Positions 34,901-49,512 of a stretch of 64,000 nucleotides of DNA are shown in pieces (position 1 is the first letter of the stretch; each line of letters begins with the position of its first letter). A model generated the notes under the pieces. The model worked only from the letters and a program-made list of their open reading frames with translations. It made no database searches and had not been told where the DNA came from. Made by a program: the position numbers and the translations under genes. The DNA lies in contig NC_133622.1 of the NCBI RefSeq assembly GCF_048593235.1, positions 236,933,198 to 236,997,197 on the forward strand, read 5' to 3'. Source of the stretch: Sminthopsis crassicaudata. Lineage: Eukaryota.

Positions 34901-36850
34901 TAAGGTGTTTATAATACAAAAACTCTCCTTAAGAACAGAGAAGCTAAATACCTTAAATAACTTTCAGAAATTGATAGGAGATATCCAATGGATGTGTCCA
35001 GTGTTAGGCTTGACTACCTATCAATTGCAATCATTATATGACATTTTAAGGGGAGACACTGCTTTAAACTTACCATGCCAGCTTAGAAAAGAAGCTCAAG
35101 AGTCTTTGAGAGAAGTTGAATTGGCTTTATCCAATTTGTTGAAAGAGTCATTCAGAAACCCTTGGTAATATCAGTTTTTGCTACACAAGAGGCACCCACA
35201 GCAGTCCTTCATCAAGGAGACATTGTGATAGAGTGGGTGAACCTCCCAGCACAACCAGAACAAAGCCTTATTCCTTACCCAGTGCTTGTGGCTAGAATTT
35301 TATTAAAGGCCATTAAGTGATCAGTACAATTATCTGGGATAAGACCTGACAAGAAATACACCTTTTATACTAATGCACAAGTTAATGTGTGCTGTGAAAC
35401 CATCCTAAAGTGGCAAATTTTATTAGCCATGGCTCCAAATTTTACACTTGGATCTCCATTAAAGATAAACAGACTGTTACATAATTGGCAATGGATTCTT
35501 GAAGAAGAGGTTTCTAAAGTTCCTCTTAAAGGACTAACTATCTTTACAGATGCATCCAAACATAATATTTGCACTGTATACTCTCGTTACTTAACTATAA
35601 AGAGAGTAGTCAGAACTCCTTTTCAGTCCACTCAGCAGAATGAATTGTATGCAATCATTCTAGCTTTTACTTATTATCCAGGAGATATAAATATAATATC
35701 TGATTCGGCCTATTCAGTAGGTGTGATACAAAGAATTGCCACAGCCCAAATAAAATTTGTAGCCTCTAATATATATCAGCTCTTTAAGGAAATTCAAGAG
35801 CAAGTGAGAAAGCATCCAGGTAAGATTTATATTTTGCATGTCCACTCTCATAGTAGACTTCCAGGTCCTATTTTTGATGGTAACTCAAAGGCAGATAGCC
35901 TTCTAATCATGTTGGCCAATACTCCTTTATTTCAAGCAGTCCAAGAATCTCATTCTAAATATCCTGAGGCTGGTCAAGCTTTACGTTTACAATTTGGAAT
36001 AACAAGAGAAGAAGCTAGGAGCATAGTAAAAGCCTGTACAGCTTGCCTTCCTTTCCATGCTTCTACACTCCCTCCAGGGAAGAACCCTCGTGATTTGAGA
36101 CCCAGTGAAATTTGGCAAATGGACATGAACCACTGTAAATCTTTTGGTCACCTGTGTTTTATCCATATTGTGGTAGACACCTTTTTAGGATTCACATTTG
36201 CAATGTCAGCAGCAAAAAGACAGCTCAAGTGGTCACTGAATTCCTTATACAAGCATTTGCAATTATGGGGTACCACAAGCAATAAAAACAGACAATGGAC
36301 CTGCATATACTTCCACACAATTTGCACAATTTTGTGCACAGTATAAGATTTTACATACCATTGGCATCACCTTTAATTCTCAAGGACAGGCAACAGTAGA
36401 GAGGAGAAACAGAGACATTAAGAATCTCCTCCAAAAAGAAAAGAAAAGGGGAGCAGTAACCCTAGAGAACTTCTAAATCTAGCTCTTCATACTTTTAACT
36501 TCTTGATTTTTGACAATGATGCACTGGCTTTGGTGGACAGATTTTATAACCCACCAGAAGGGCAGTGTCCAGTGTGTGAGCAGCAGCACTGTCTTTAGAT
36601 AATCATCAGGTGATGTAGGGAGACCCAGAAAGTGGTGAATGGAAGGGACCAGAGAGGTTAACTGTTTGGGGGAGAGGGTTTGCTTGTATCTCTACAGATG
36701 GAGAAGGAATTAGATGGGTGCCAATGAGCCGCATTATCCTTGTCCATCATAGAGAGTTGGAGCAGACCCTTTGAAATGAAGGAGAAGACCCAAGAAACAT
36801 TGGGTGGTTCCATTACTGACTATGACCCCTACTGAAGGAGCCTGACAGTT

Positions 36851-37072
36851 ATGGTATTTGACTCATGGACATCAAAAATTGTTGGACTTCAAAACCCTCA
36901 GCAATCATTGGATTTTCTGAGTCATGATAAAACTGTTGCCGGACTTAAAAATCTTCAGGAACCATTGTATTTCATGGTACGTGAAGCAATGGACAAGAGA
37001 TTGATTTTGGACTATTTCTTGGCTGCTGAAGGAGGCATATGTGCGACTGTTGTTTACATACCCTCCTTCTAG
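36851..37072 (+). pseudogene. env: env TM remnant ORF, copy B
   Basis: Protein identical to 7611-7832. Confidence 0.7.
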
Positions 37073-37197
37073 GACTTCTGAAAATCTTTTACAACACCAT
37101 GTTGATTCATAGCATTTCTTATATCACTACTTGCATGTATAATTCATGTTTGTTACACCACATTGAGCCTGCACCAGCTGTGAGGAGAGTCATCACT

Positions 37198-37597
37198 TGT
37201 AATGTGCTGTTGTCTCCAGAAACTGCCAATCACTCTCTGGTCTAGAGGAGAGACTTCTTCCTCCAGAGAACCGCCTCAACTCTGGCCCAGACAAGACTCT
37301 TTCTCCTCCAGAGAGCCGCTCCAACTCTGACCTAGAGCAGAGACTCTTCTCTATCTCTCTAGTGCCGCTTTGTTTTATCCTCCCAGAGAATGGGCGTGGG
37401 ATAACGCAAGGGCTTCTGGGAAAAATTACTTCAACCAATGAACTTGGTCCTCTCAAGCATGTAAGCTCCTCTCCAGGAGTTCACAGAAGTAAAACTCCCA
37501 GTAAAGGCTGGAACTTGAGAATTGTCAAGTACCAACTTAGCCCTTAGTAAGAACTTATCATCTCATTATCTCATTAGCACTTAGTAAGAACCTAACA
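37198..37597 (-). mobile_element. Nested solo LTR, copy B
   Basis: TSD ATCACT at 37192-37197 and 37598-37603. Confidence 0.9.
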
Positions 37598-37814
37598 ATC
37601 ACTAATATCCTGTGTGTTATTGCTATGTGCTTGTGTAATACCTCCCATGCTGATGGGTTTGTGCATACCTGTTTCTAGTAAGACCCTTCAGCCCAGAAAC
37701 CCGCTACCAATATCTGGCTTGACTCCCCAATTCCCTTTCCTGTTTTTCATCTCTCTGCCTGAGAAGTCAGGGAAGGCGTGACCACCATGTTCTAAAGCTA
37801 AAGAAAGCAGGAGA

Positions 37815-38159
37815 TATAAAGGGCTGAAACTCTTAAAAGATGTGCTAGAATCAGACACAGAGCCCTTAAGGGTAATTACCTACTGGACAATAACGCTATT
37901 AGCATATGTTTGGAATTTCTCTTCTCAGTTAGTTCTGGCTCAATATTTGGGGTTAACAGAATTGTAGGTAAGGATTAGAGGGTGGGGTGAGAGAGGCTAG
38001 AGAATTTTACTTTGTAGAGGACCAGGAAAAGACAGGTTGGTGGGGAGCTTGTGGCAATTTAGCTGTTGCCTTCACTTCTTCCCCTAAAGACCAAGGACTT
38101 TTACTTATCCTGATTCTGGCTGTTCCTAAGACCTCCAGGGAGCTAGCCCGGGCTTTACA
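37815..38159 (+). mobile_element. ERV 3' LTR, copy B
   Basis: PPT, then TATAAAG...CTTTACA. Confidence 0.85.
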
Positions 38160-39124
38160 TATAATATCTTCTACTATTGTATATGATTCCATGAAATGAA
38201 AATTTATTGTTACATATTTTGAATCCCCTTTGTTATTCTGCTAGGCACATGAAATTGTTGTGTGTTTTTTCTTTTTTTCTCGATGTCTATATTTTTATTA
38301 TTTTATATTTAACTTTAAATAAATATTTAAAAAGGAACAGGAGGAAATATCTTCTCAGGTTTCTGCTTTGTGAATAGTCTTGGTGATTATTTCATGTAAC
38401 TTTTGGCAAGTGTTTAGATACTATTCTTTTTATTTACAAATTTATGGTCATTTTACATTCCTGGTTCTATTTACTTTACTTTCCATAATTTCACCTATGT
38501 TTTCCCATTTTTCTGCACATTTATTATATTCATGACTTTTTAAAATTGTAGTAATCTGCATAATATTTAATATTCCATTTATTTTTAATATGTATTCCAT
38601 ATTTACTTCATTACATTTACATGCCATGCTTTTTAAAAGACTTTTTCAAGTAGATGGGAACTGACTTTGTTTCCATTCTTTGCTTCAATCAAAAATGTTG
38701 TTATAAATATTCTGATGTATGTCGGGTTTTTTTTTTTTTGAACATTGGTCTCATTGGGGTATATGCCTAAGAGTAGGGTATTCAATTTTATATGGGAAGG
38801 GGTAGTATTATTTTTCATTTGTTCCTTTCTTTATATTCTTTCACTTTATGAAGGAGAATTGGAGTTATAGGATTATTGTTATATGATTATTGCTTTTATG
38901 TTTTTATATGTTTTATGACAAACTCGATTTTTTGTTTTGGTAAGAATTTTACCTGTTTCCATTGTTGGGAATCATCAGTTCTCCTATTATCCTGCTGTAT
39001 TATGATGATGTGAGTCTTTACATTCAGATTACTTATCCATTTTGAGCTAATTTTGTGATATGGTTTGAGTCCCTAATTTATGCTCATTTTTTCCTTTTTT
39101 CCCTAGCATTTCTCAAGTAGAGAG

Positions 39125-40045
39125 TTATTCCTGAGAAGAGTTCTTTAAACATAAGAGAGAAGGAAAAGACCTGGGCTTCTGAGTGTCAGTGGTGATCAGC
39201 ACAATAGGACTGATTATTGGATAAAACATGGAAAGTGCAACTGTGAAATCTAATGCCCAGTGTCTGATTTCTGTTGCAGAAGCTATATACATAACAAAAG
39301 GAGAACTGACTGAATTAAAGCAAAGAAATGTGACCACCAGCATCAGGACCGCTTTGGTGGCTCTAGTCTCAGGGGATGCTCTGAGGGAGGAGTTGATGTT
39401 GTGAATGTGTTGGACCCTCTTGATGTGTCTGTGCAAGATAAATACCATATATCCACTTGAGGCAACCATGAGACCCACAAACAGAGCATGAACAATTGAC
39501 TCATAAGTTAAAATTTTTATAATACTCATGGCTTGTAAATGAAAAGAAATATGTCCAATCCTCCATCTTTCATTACTTCTGTTTCTTGGACTACTATAAT
39601 TCATAGGTGCATCAATATCAAGAAGAAGATTGAAAATCCAGTTGAGAATACAGCAGGAAGGAATACACTTTTGGGTTCTAGTTTTAACTTGTGCCCACTT
39701 AAGGGTGCTGGGGCTGATAGTGATGGCCTGGACGACACTCAGGAGGCAGGTGCTGCAAAGAGAAAGGCCCCGAGTCACTCTCATGACATAAAGTAAGATT
39801 TTACCCATTGTTTCATCTATGAAAGATGTCCATTCCCAATTGGTTATAATTGTAGAGAAGGCCCTGAAAAGAATCATTAAGACATGGGCAAAGGCCATAT
39901 TTATGATGATCAGGCTGATGAGTTTTTTCCTGTGGGCAGTGATGAACTTGTGAATGTGTAGATAAAGAAGGGACATGTTCCCCAGAACTCCAAAGAAAAA
40001 CATGGTCAAGTAGAAAATGGCCAAACTATCTTTTTGAGAGCTCAT
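39125..40045 (-). CDS. Vomeronasal type-1 receptor, intact (V1R-A', 306 aa)
   Basis: Differs from V1R-A at 4 nt (R41K, C60F, A145D, I>M in TM6/ECL3); acceptor at 40092. Confidence 0.96.
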   Translation of the reverse strand: MSSQKDSLAIFYLTMFFFGVLGNMSLLYLHIHKFITAHRKKLISLIIINMAFAHVLMILFRAFSTIITNWEWTSFIDETMGKILLYVMRVTRGLSLCSTCLLSVVQAITISPSTLKWAQVKTRTQKCIPSCCILNWIFNLLLDIDAPMNYSSPRNRSNERWRIGHISFHLQAMSIIKILTYESIVHALFVGLMVASSGYMVFILHRHIKRVQHIHNINSSLRASPETRATKAVLMLVVTFLCFNSVSSPFVMYIASATEIRHWALDFTVALSMFYPIISPIVLITTDTQKPRSFPSLLCLKNSSQE

Positions 40046-40658
40046 TCCTTGAGAGATTCCTTGGAGAACTTTGCTGTCAGCTCCAAAGGGACCTGGGGAG
40101 AAACATAGGAGCGTGTGACTTTTCCAATGTGAGGAATTCCCAAATATACAACCTACTCAGCTTCTCTTTGAAGAGTGGTAAACCTTCCCAGATAATAGTG
40201 CCATTCTAGTGTTCATGAGACATATATTCAACACATCAATTCACAAATATTTATTATTCATTATCTAAATATCTTAGAAATAAAACACTTCCCATTTTTT
40301 CCAAACCACATTTCTCCTCTTACGACACAATTATCACCTTTTTTATAACTAGGATTTTGGACAGACGCGGGATATTTAGCTGTCACAGGTAAGCTTTTGT
40401 CTTATGTTTCCAGGGTCCATGTTTCCAAGGTACTGCTTTTCCTTTGCTTCATGTGCTCCCCTTTGTGAAACCTGACTTTTTTGGTTCTTTCATTAGAATG
40501 TAAGATCTAAAAGGGCAGAGACTTTCTTGGATACTTTTACCCTTATTACTATTACTTAGCACACTTCCTGGAATATATATGGTAAAGCTATTTTGATGGT
40601 ATTTTTTGTAACTAGAATTTGATGAGAAAGAGTAAACTCTGCAGGTGTCAGCTCTTAC

Positions 40659-40716
40659 TTTTAAAGGATTAGTGACCAGAAATGTTGGTGAATTGTTCAA
40701 ATTCAGGTCCTTAAAG

Positions 40717-40766
<50 letters not shown>

Positions 40767-40769
40767 GTT

Positions 40770-40800
<31 letters not shown>

Positions 40801-40814
40801 TCTAGATGGATACC
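40659..40814 (-). other. Putative non-coding exon 3 of V1R-A'
   Basis: Homologue of 11414-11567. Confidence 0.4.
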
Positions 40815-43795
40815 CTTAGGTAGTAATTACAGATTCCTTTGAAGAGAGAGTTGTGCAAGATTACTTAAATGTCTAACTATATCTCCCCTCTAAACATGGG
40901 CATTCCACAATACTTTCCACATGTCATATGAAAATACACATTTTCTAAGGTAAATTACAAGTAGTGCAAGATATTAAAAATATGTAGCGATAATGAAAGG
41001 AGTTAGCACTGAGGTATTTGATAATCCTCATTTTTATCTAAACTGGATAAAAGAATTTAACATTTTCATACAACCTTTTTCACACACACATACACACAGA
41101 GCATGGTTAGGAATATATTAAACTTAACAGTTTAAACCTACAAAATCAATAGTTTGGGGGAAAGGAGATGGAGGCACAAATAGGAGGGCAGATGTATGAG
41201 CAAGTTTTGTAAATGAAATAGTTTATTTTAGGAAGCAGGGGACTCTTAGAGATGGATTGAAAGAAAGAAAAGAAAGAGTGAAACAATGTGATCAGTGTTG
41301 ATAGGGCAGTGAAGCAGAAAAAAATTGTATCATTCAGAATTTGTTGTTCATCTAAGTATTCTTTAACTCCTTTGTAAAAAGGAAAATAAGAGAAAACAAC
41401 AACAACAACTAGGAAGACAATACAGCAGGATTACAATAATTTGTAGGAAAATAAGTGGGACATACCACCCATTGAATAGTAGAGCACAATAGAATATACT
41501 GCAAAGCTGATTTCCAAAATAAGTTACTTGAAAAAATTACTTTCGTTACAAAAAGATTCATGTGCAGATAAAATCCATCATACTTCAAAAAAACTTTAAA
41601 AAGCATGCTTTTAGAGAAAGCAGTGGCAAAAAATAAACATGATAGAAGGAGATAAGCATGGAAAAACATGCTCAATGATGACAATGAAAAATCTTTTACA
41701 AACATGTCATATTAAATATATTTGATATGCATTATATATATTCTTACCTGTATAAACATTTTATATGGACACACAATCAGTACATATATATGTGTATATA
41801 TATATATATGTACACTCTCAAACACACATATATATATATATATATTTATATAATACATTACAAATATGTGTAAGTAGATGTTTTTGCTTTTTAGTTTTGG
41901 AAAGGGGATGCCATCTGTTAGACAGAGGATGCTCTGGGTATCAGGTCACTCTAAGTCTAAGCCCCAGTTATGAGACTCTGGCTAAGGCAGTTATTTTATT
42001 CTAGGAAACCCCAAGATGTTGGGGAATGACTGATTTGAATCAGGAGAGCGTCTTTTTACACTCAGAGCTTCTTGATTCTATGAAACCACAGGTTTAGGTG
42101 AACAAAACTAGGAATTCAACATGCTTTATTTCTGTCAACCAAATGACTAGAAGTGTGGTCTCTATGCTCTGAATGGGTGGGACTTACTCCAGCTGCCTTG
42201 TGTTTGTTACACTCCTGTTATCAAAGTATGATTTTTTTGGGCAGACTTCTATATGTTCCATTTTTCCAGATGACTTCCCTAGAGGAAATGCAATGGTTAG
42301 AATGTCAGACTTGGTTTCTGGAAGCCCCAAGTTGAAGTGTAGCTTCTGACACTTAGTTGTGACCCTCAGAACATCAGCTTTCCTAGCTTTCATGATTTAT
42401 AAAACGAGTACAATAATAGCACTATGCTTTGAAGACCAAATGAGAACATCTATAAAGTACTTAGCACAGTGTCTGGCACAAACTTGACATTGCATAAATA
42501 CTTCCTACTCTGCTTTCTTCCTTGAAAAGTTGTGCTATTCAAGTGGGTTGAGAATTGGAAAAAATATCCTGTCCTGCATTATCTACCTGTAAGGTTGCTG
42601 TGAGGATCAAGTGATATATCCTCTGTAAATCTTAAAGTGCTCTATAAATGTTGTTTATGATCATTCCTCTGATTATTGATGTATCCTAGACCATCTGACC
42701 TTGTTTCTTGCTCTCAACTTTAGCTCTTTGCATACTGAGATTGCTGATATAGGCAATGACACAAAAGAAAAATGAACTCCCATTACTAAGGCAAGATTAG
42801 TTACCACTGCATATTTGGGAAATCAATTGGTACAGAACTACAGGAGTAGTTTTGGAGGCAGGAAGACAAATTTAAATCTATCCTCAGACAAAGAATAGCT
42901 TTTTAACCTTGCAAAATTAACTTAAATAAGATCTTCAGTTTTTTCATGCATAAAATGGGAATATGTTACAAAATATGCTATATATCAAATGAGATGATAG
43001 TGAAAACATAGTAATAAATTCTTTCCCATGGTGCTTGGCATATAGTTGACATTCCCTAAGTCCTCCTCGCCTTCCTTTTTCTTACTTCTCCCTTCCTTCC
43101 TTCCCATTCCGTCCCTTCCTTCCTTCCCATTCCTTCCCTTCCTTCCCATTCCTTCTCTCCCTTCCTCCCTTCCTCCCTCCCTCTCTCCCTTCCTCTTTCC
43201 ATTCCTTCCTCCATTTCTTCCCTCCTTGTCTCATTTCCTTCTTTCTTTCCTTTCTCCTTTGAAAGATTGTATTATTCAAGTGTCTTTAATAATAGAAAAA
43301 CAATGGTATCCTATGTAACTAGTTAATCCTCAAACACATTGAAACAAAAGAGAACAAATCCTTGTTTTGTTCTTCAACCAAAGATGTGATTATTCTATTA
43401 TTTTTTCACAAGTTTTTTTTTTATCTACAAGCTTTCTAAATTTTCATATGAACTTAGCCAACTTAGTCTAATTTAGTGCACACTCTTATAACCTCTGTCT
43501 ATGAAAGTTTAATCAGACCTTAGGGAAATAAAATGATCATTTTGATACATAGTTTTCTGCCCCTAGAAGCTCTCTCCTCTGAACAGGGAGAATTTTGGAG
43601 GTGTGCTGAGTTGCATAGATTCAATCTTTGTGGTGCCCAAGGAAATGGAGGAAGAAATGAAATAAAACATAGCACAACCCCCAAACTCTAGCCTTTATAC
43701 CATCAGGGTTTAGATCTGTCCTTTTTAAACAATGAGGAAATTAAGGCTCAGGATATGAAAGTCAATGAAAAACTTTTGATTCTGGGTGCTCCTAC

Positions 43796-43973
43796 CTCAA
43801 ATGGAGTGCCCTTCCCATTAAATCAGCAAGCTTTTACTGCCCCTGCTTGCACAGACAAGGAAGCAAATAGAGACCATGATTTTTCCTCTTTATCAAGAGA
43901 AATTTGTAGAATATAATTAGAAAGATGTTTGTTTTTCTGAATACTCTTAAATGGCTGGGAGCCAGAGAGAGAA
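43796..43973 (-). other. Putative non-coding exon 2 of V1R-A'
   Basis: Acceptor tttctcttttcacccttccag|ttc; donor tttgag|gtagga. Confidence 0.55.
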
Positions 43974-44425
43974 CTGGAAGGGTGAAAAAGAGAAACTTAT
44001 GGAGGAGGTATCAATGCAGTTTCTAGGCAATCCACAGCAAACTCTTGAGATATGCCTGTTACACTGACGCTGAGAGGATGCTGTGAAAGAAACAAAGTAC
44101 CTCATTGCCAGACATGAACTCTCCATCTCTTTTCTCTCCCCTCCCAAAATATAAAGTATCCTATTGTGTGAAGATAGTGATGAAAAATGGGCTGAAGATT
44201 AACTAAAGGAATGGAGAATAAAAGCTGGCAGTCCTGTTTCCAAAATCCAAGCCAGAATAGCCTAGAGTAGTCAAAATGTCCTTCCTTTATCCCCCCCCCC
44301 CCAAATCATTATTCCTAATCATCTTTTCTTCCTCATTGCAGAACTGAGAGAGCCTGTTCCCTGGCTCCTGGAAGGGATTCTTACCTATCCCTGTGTCTGA
44401 GGCTAAGGCCTTCCATATCACTCAC

Positions 44426-44860
44426 CAGACTGTTCTCTGCTGCCGGGGCCTGGGGTAGAATTGCAGAAGTCTGTGCATGCCTCTGTGTGTGTATGTGACT
44501 GTGTATATGTATGTGTGGGGTATATCTGGGGCTGGAGTTATAGGGAGAGCAGAGTCTAAGCTCATTTCCCCTAAGATCTATAATTATGATGTCATGTGCT
44601 GCAAGAGGAACACTTGACAGAAGAGGGAACTTGAGGGGTGTCTGAATTAGGAACAGAATTTTACCTCATGTGAAAATTATTGTCAACAATTTTTATTGAT
44701 TAATGAGAATCTCCAAAGGAATATTTGTGAGTAACCAAAAAGAGATTTTCCTCTGCCTGTTAAGAGGAGAAGTAAAAGTTTAATTTTTTCTCATGGTCAT
44801 TGCAAGGATTTGCTGCTAAATATCTTTCAAACAGTGATCTCAGAAAAATGTACCCTGGGC
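44426..44860 (-). promoter_or_regulatory. Putative V1R-A' exon 1 / promoter block (X4)
   Basis: Donor ctg|gtgagt at 44425. Confidence 0.62.
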
Positions 44861-44901
44861 TCATTTTAACATTTAATCTGAATCTTCACCCTTTATCATT
44901 T

Positions 44902-45979
44902 AAAAAAATAGTTTTTATTTACCAGATATTTGCATGGGTAATTTTATAATATTGACAATTGCCAAACCTTTTGTTCTAATTTTCCTCCTCCTTGCCCCCT
45001 CCCCCCCCCAGATGGCAAGTTGACCAATACACGTTAAATATGTGCAAGTATAATTTAAATACAATATATGTATACATGTCCAAACAGTTATTTTGCTGTA
45101 CAAAAAGAATCAGACTTTGAAATAGTGTACAATTAGCCTGTGAAGGAAATCCAAAATGCAGGAGGACAAAAATAGAGGGATTAGAAATTCTATGTTGTAG
45201 TCCATAGTCATCTCCTAGGGTTCTTTTCCTGGGTGTAGCTGGTTCAACTCATTACTTCTCTATTGGAACTGATTTGGTTTATCTTATTGTCGAAAATGGC
45301 CACATCCATCAGAATTGATCATCATATAGTATTGTTGTTGAAGTATACAAAGATCTCCTGGTCCTGCTCATTTCACTCAACATCAGTTCCTGTAAGTCTC
45401 TCCAGTCCTTCCTGAAATCATCCTGTTGGTCATTTCTTATACAACAATAATATTTCATAACATTCATATACCACAATTTATTCAGCCATTCTCCAATTGA
45501 TGGACATCCACTCAGTTTCCAGTTTCTGGCCACTACAAAGAGGGTTGTCACAAACATTCTTGCACATACAGGTCCCTTTCCCTTCTTTAACATCTCTTTG
45601 GGATATAAGGCCAGTAGTAACACTGCTGTGTCAAAGGGTATGCACAGTTTGACAACTTTTTTGAGCATAGTTCCAAATTGCTCTCCAGAATGGCTGGATG
45701 TATTTACAATTCCACCAACAATGTATCAGTGTCCCTGTTTTCCCACATCCCCTCCAACATTGCACATTATCTTTCCCTGTCATTCTAGCCAATCTGACAG
45801 GTGTGTAGAGTTGTCTTAATTTACATTTCTCTGATTAATAATGACTTGGAGCATCTTTTCATATGACTAGAAATAGTTTCAATTTCTTCATTTGAGAAAA
45901 TTGTTCATATCCTTTGAGCATTTATCAATTGGAGAATGGTTTGATTTCTTATAAATTAGAGTCAATTTTCTATATATTT
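44902..45979 (-). mobile_element. 5'-truncated L1, copy B
   Basis: TSD accctttatcattt at 44888-44901 and 45980-45993. Confidence 0.95.
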
Positions 45980-46319
45980 ACCCTTTATCATTTTCCTAAG
46001 TCTTCTTACCCTTCCATCATACCCAACTCTTTGTGACTCTGTGGATCATACTGTCCATGTGATTTTCTTTGCAAAAGAGATGGAGGATTGCCTTTTTCTT
46101 CTCTAGTGAATTAAGGCAAACACAAGTTATGTGACTCACACAATTAAGTCATAGGGCAGATTTGTTTTTTTGGCTTCCTGGCCCAGAACTCTATCTACTG
46201 AAACACATGTCTTGTCTAAATGTAGACAAAATAACAAAATGAAAACTCAGTGTTTTTCAGAATTTGCCAATTTCTGAGATGTGAACAATTGCCTTGAAAG
46301 ATTAAGAATTAGCTGTTCT

Positions 46320-47527
46320 TAGAGATCATTATTGATCATAAAACAGAAGATTTTGATTACATCAAACTAAAAAGTTTCTGTACAAACAATAGTTAATGCA
46401 AACAAGATTAGAAGGGAAGTAACAAATTGGGAAAATATTTTTACAGTTAAAGGTTCTGATAAAGGTCTCATTTCCAAAATATATAGAGAACTGACCCTAA
46501 TTTATAAGAAATCAAACCATTCTGCAATTGATAAATAGTCAAAGGATATGAACAGACAATTCTCAGATGATAAAATTGAAATTATATCCACTCATATGAA
46601 AGTGTTCCAAATCACTACTGATCAGAGAAATGCAAATTAAGACAACTCTAAGATACCACTACACACCTGTCAGATTGGCTAAGATGACAGGAACAAATAG
46701 TGATGAATGTTGGAGGGGATGTGGGAAAACTGGGACACTGATGCATTGTTGGTGGAGCTGTGAAAGTATCCGGCCATTCTGGAGAGCAATTTGGAACTAT
46801 GCCCAAAGAGTTATCAAACTGTGTATACCCTTTGATCCAGCAGTGCTACTATTGGGCCTATATCCCAAAGAAATACTGAGGAGGGGAAAGGGACCTGTAT
46901 GTGCCAAAATGTTTGTGGCAGCTCTTTTTGTAGTGGCTAGAAATTGGAAGATGAATGGTTGTCCATCAATTGGAGAATAGTTGGGTAAATTATGGTATAT
47001 GAAGATTATGGAATACTATTGCTCTGTAAGAAATGACCAGCAGGAGGAATACAGAGAGGCCTGGAGAGACTTACATCAACTGATACTGAGTGAAATGAGC
47101 AGAACCAGAAGATCACTATACACTTCAACAACAATACTGTATGAAGATGTATACTAATGGAAGTGGATATCTTCAACATAAAGAAGATCCAACTCACTTC
47201 CAGCTGATCAATGATGGACAGAAATAACTATACCCAGAGAAGGAACACTGGGAAGTGAATGTAAAATATTAGCACTACTGTCTATCTACCCAGGTTACTT
47301 ATACCTTCGGAATCCAATACTTAACTTGCAACAAGAAAATTGGATTTACACACATATATTGTATCTAGGTTATACTGTAACACATGTAAAATGTATGGGA
47401 TTGCCTGTAATCTAGGGGAGGCAGTAGAGGGAGAGAGGGGAAAATTTGGAAAAATGAATACAAGGGATAATGTTATAAAAAATTACTCATGCATATATAC
47501 TGTCAAAAAATTTATAATTATAAAAAA
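46320..47527 (+). mobile_element. 5'-truncated L1, copy B
   Basis: TSD aagaattagctgttct at 46304-46319 and 47528-47543. Confidence 0.96.
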
Positions 47528-48292
47528 AAGAATTAGCTGTTCTGAGCAAGTTTGAGCTAGCTGCAACAAACTTCTAAGAAAGAGGGAGACTGGGGTGCTT
47601 GTGATATGATGAATGGAGAGCCCTTTACTTGTATTTCTGGGCTCCTGGTGAGCTCTTCTGTACTAATCACTGAATGTTGTTGATACAAGGGCCCATTGAG
47701 TTCCTTTGGAGTCCCATTTTGTGTATCTAAGTTGAATTCCCTTCTTATGGCTAAAAGATTGGGAATGATAACTTAAAATTCTCTCCTTGATAGTGTGTTG
47801 GATTGAAATAATGATGGGGATGGATTATGACCTGAATATGAGTGTGTAACTTCCATATCATGGCAGGTTTCCTTCGTATCATGTATGCCCAGGGACGACT
47901 CCCCAGCCCTTGAATGCCATATACTATGAGGATTCAACCACGTAATGGCTCTTTGAGATGACATGATTCCTCCATTCACAACATGGACAAAGCTATCTTT
48001 ATCTCCTTCTGCCTCCTTGTTTTGTTGAGATATCAGATGTGTATCCTGATGTAGTCTCTGAAAGAATTCAGGCTCAGCCAGTCTCCAACTCAAGGAAAGG
48101 CACTGTATTGAGTTATAGACACTCAGTGGGCTGTCAAAGCTCCCTGAGGGAATCAGTCCAGCCACTCAAGGCCAGAGTTTTTAGAGTGTAAATGATACTT
48201 ATTAGATCATAAGACATATACATTTTGAGGTTTTAGCAGGAGTTTGCCATCTTGGAGAGGTTCTTAAGCCTTGCTGGAACTGTACCTGTGAG

Positions 48293-48334
<42 letters not shown>

Positions 48335-48366
48335 GTATGCATGTAGGTATACATGTGTATATATAG

Positions 48367-48563
48367 NNNNNNNNNNNNNNNNNNNNNNNNNNNNNNNNNN
48401 NNNNNNNNNNNNNNNNNNNNNNNNNNNNNNNNNNNNNNNNNNNNNNNNNNNNNNNNNNNNNNNNNNNNNNNNNNNNNNNNNNNNNNNNNNNNNNNNNNNN
48501 NNNNNNNNNNNNNNNNNNNNNNNNNNNNNNNNNNNNNNNNNNNNNNNNNNNNNNNNNNNNNNN
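48367..48563. other. Assembly gap (197 N) at the TA microsatellite
   Basis: Run of n; flanks match ~19118 and ~19213 of unit A. Confidence 0.99.
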
Positions 48564-49512
48564 ATGTAGTCTACTTGGGGTGGAGGTGGAACAGCGTAAA
48601 AAGAGAAAGAAGAATAAAGTAAAAATTGCACATTAGAGAACAAAAGAATATCCTACAAGGAAGTAAAGAATTGATGCAATGTCATAAATACAATGTATTC
48701 TGTTATATATGCTTTCTTAAAATGAAAATTTATTGTTACATATTTTGAAACTTCTCTGATATTCTGCTGGGCATATGACAATATTTTATTTTTTTCCTTT
48801 TTCTGTCTTTCTATATTTTGTTTTTTTATCTTATATTAATTTCCAATCAATATTGAAAAAAAGAAGCAGGGGAAATACCTTCTTAGATTTGTGTTTTGTG
48901 AATAATCTTGGTGATTATTATTTCACATAATTTTTTTCAATTGTTTGGATGCTATTCTTTTTACTTACAAAATTATGGTCATTTTGCATTCCTGGTTCTA
49001 CTTTACTTTGCATAATTCCATCGGTATTTATTATATTCACGATTTTTATCTTTTAGTAATAGGTAGAATATTTAAATATTCCATTTATTTTGCTTAATAT
49101 GTATTCCTTATTACTTCTTTACATTTATATGCCATACTTTTTGAAAGACCTTTTCAACTTGATAGGAATTGACTTTGTTTCCCTGAAATGTTGATATAAA
49201 TATTTTGATGTATATCAGGCCTTTTTTTGAAAATTGATCTCACTGGGGTATATGCTTAAGAGTAGGGTATGCAACTTTATAGGGGAAGGAACAGTATTAA
49301 TTTTCATTTGTCCCTTTTTTCTATTCTTTCACTTTGTGGGAGGAGAAGTGGAGTAGTGCAATTATTGTTTTCATGATCTACTCTATTTTTTGTTTTGGTG
49401 AGAGTTCCTCCTCTGTCCATTGTTGTGACTTTTCCCTTTTCCCATTATACTCCAATTTTTTATGACTTCTTCCATTCATGTTGCTTATACATTTTGAGCT
49501 CATTTTGAGATA

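Larger units (their letters stand above)
31926..38159 (+). mobile_element. Class II ERV provirus, copy B (gag ~31931-33480, pro ~33610-34190, pol ~34205-36760, all disrupted)
   Basis: Same junction and lesions as copy A; ~98-99% identical. Confidence 0.95.

Noticed and set aside
48233-48643. ORFs spanning the N run
   Set aside because: Artefacts of translating the assembly gap and the TA repeat.
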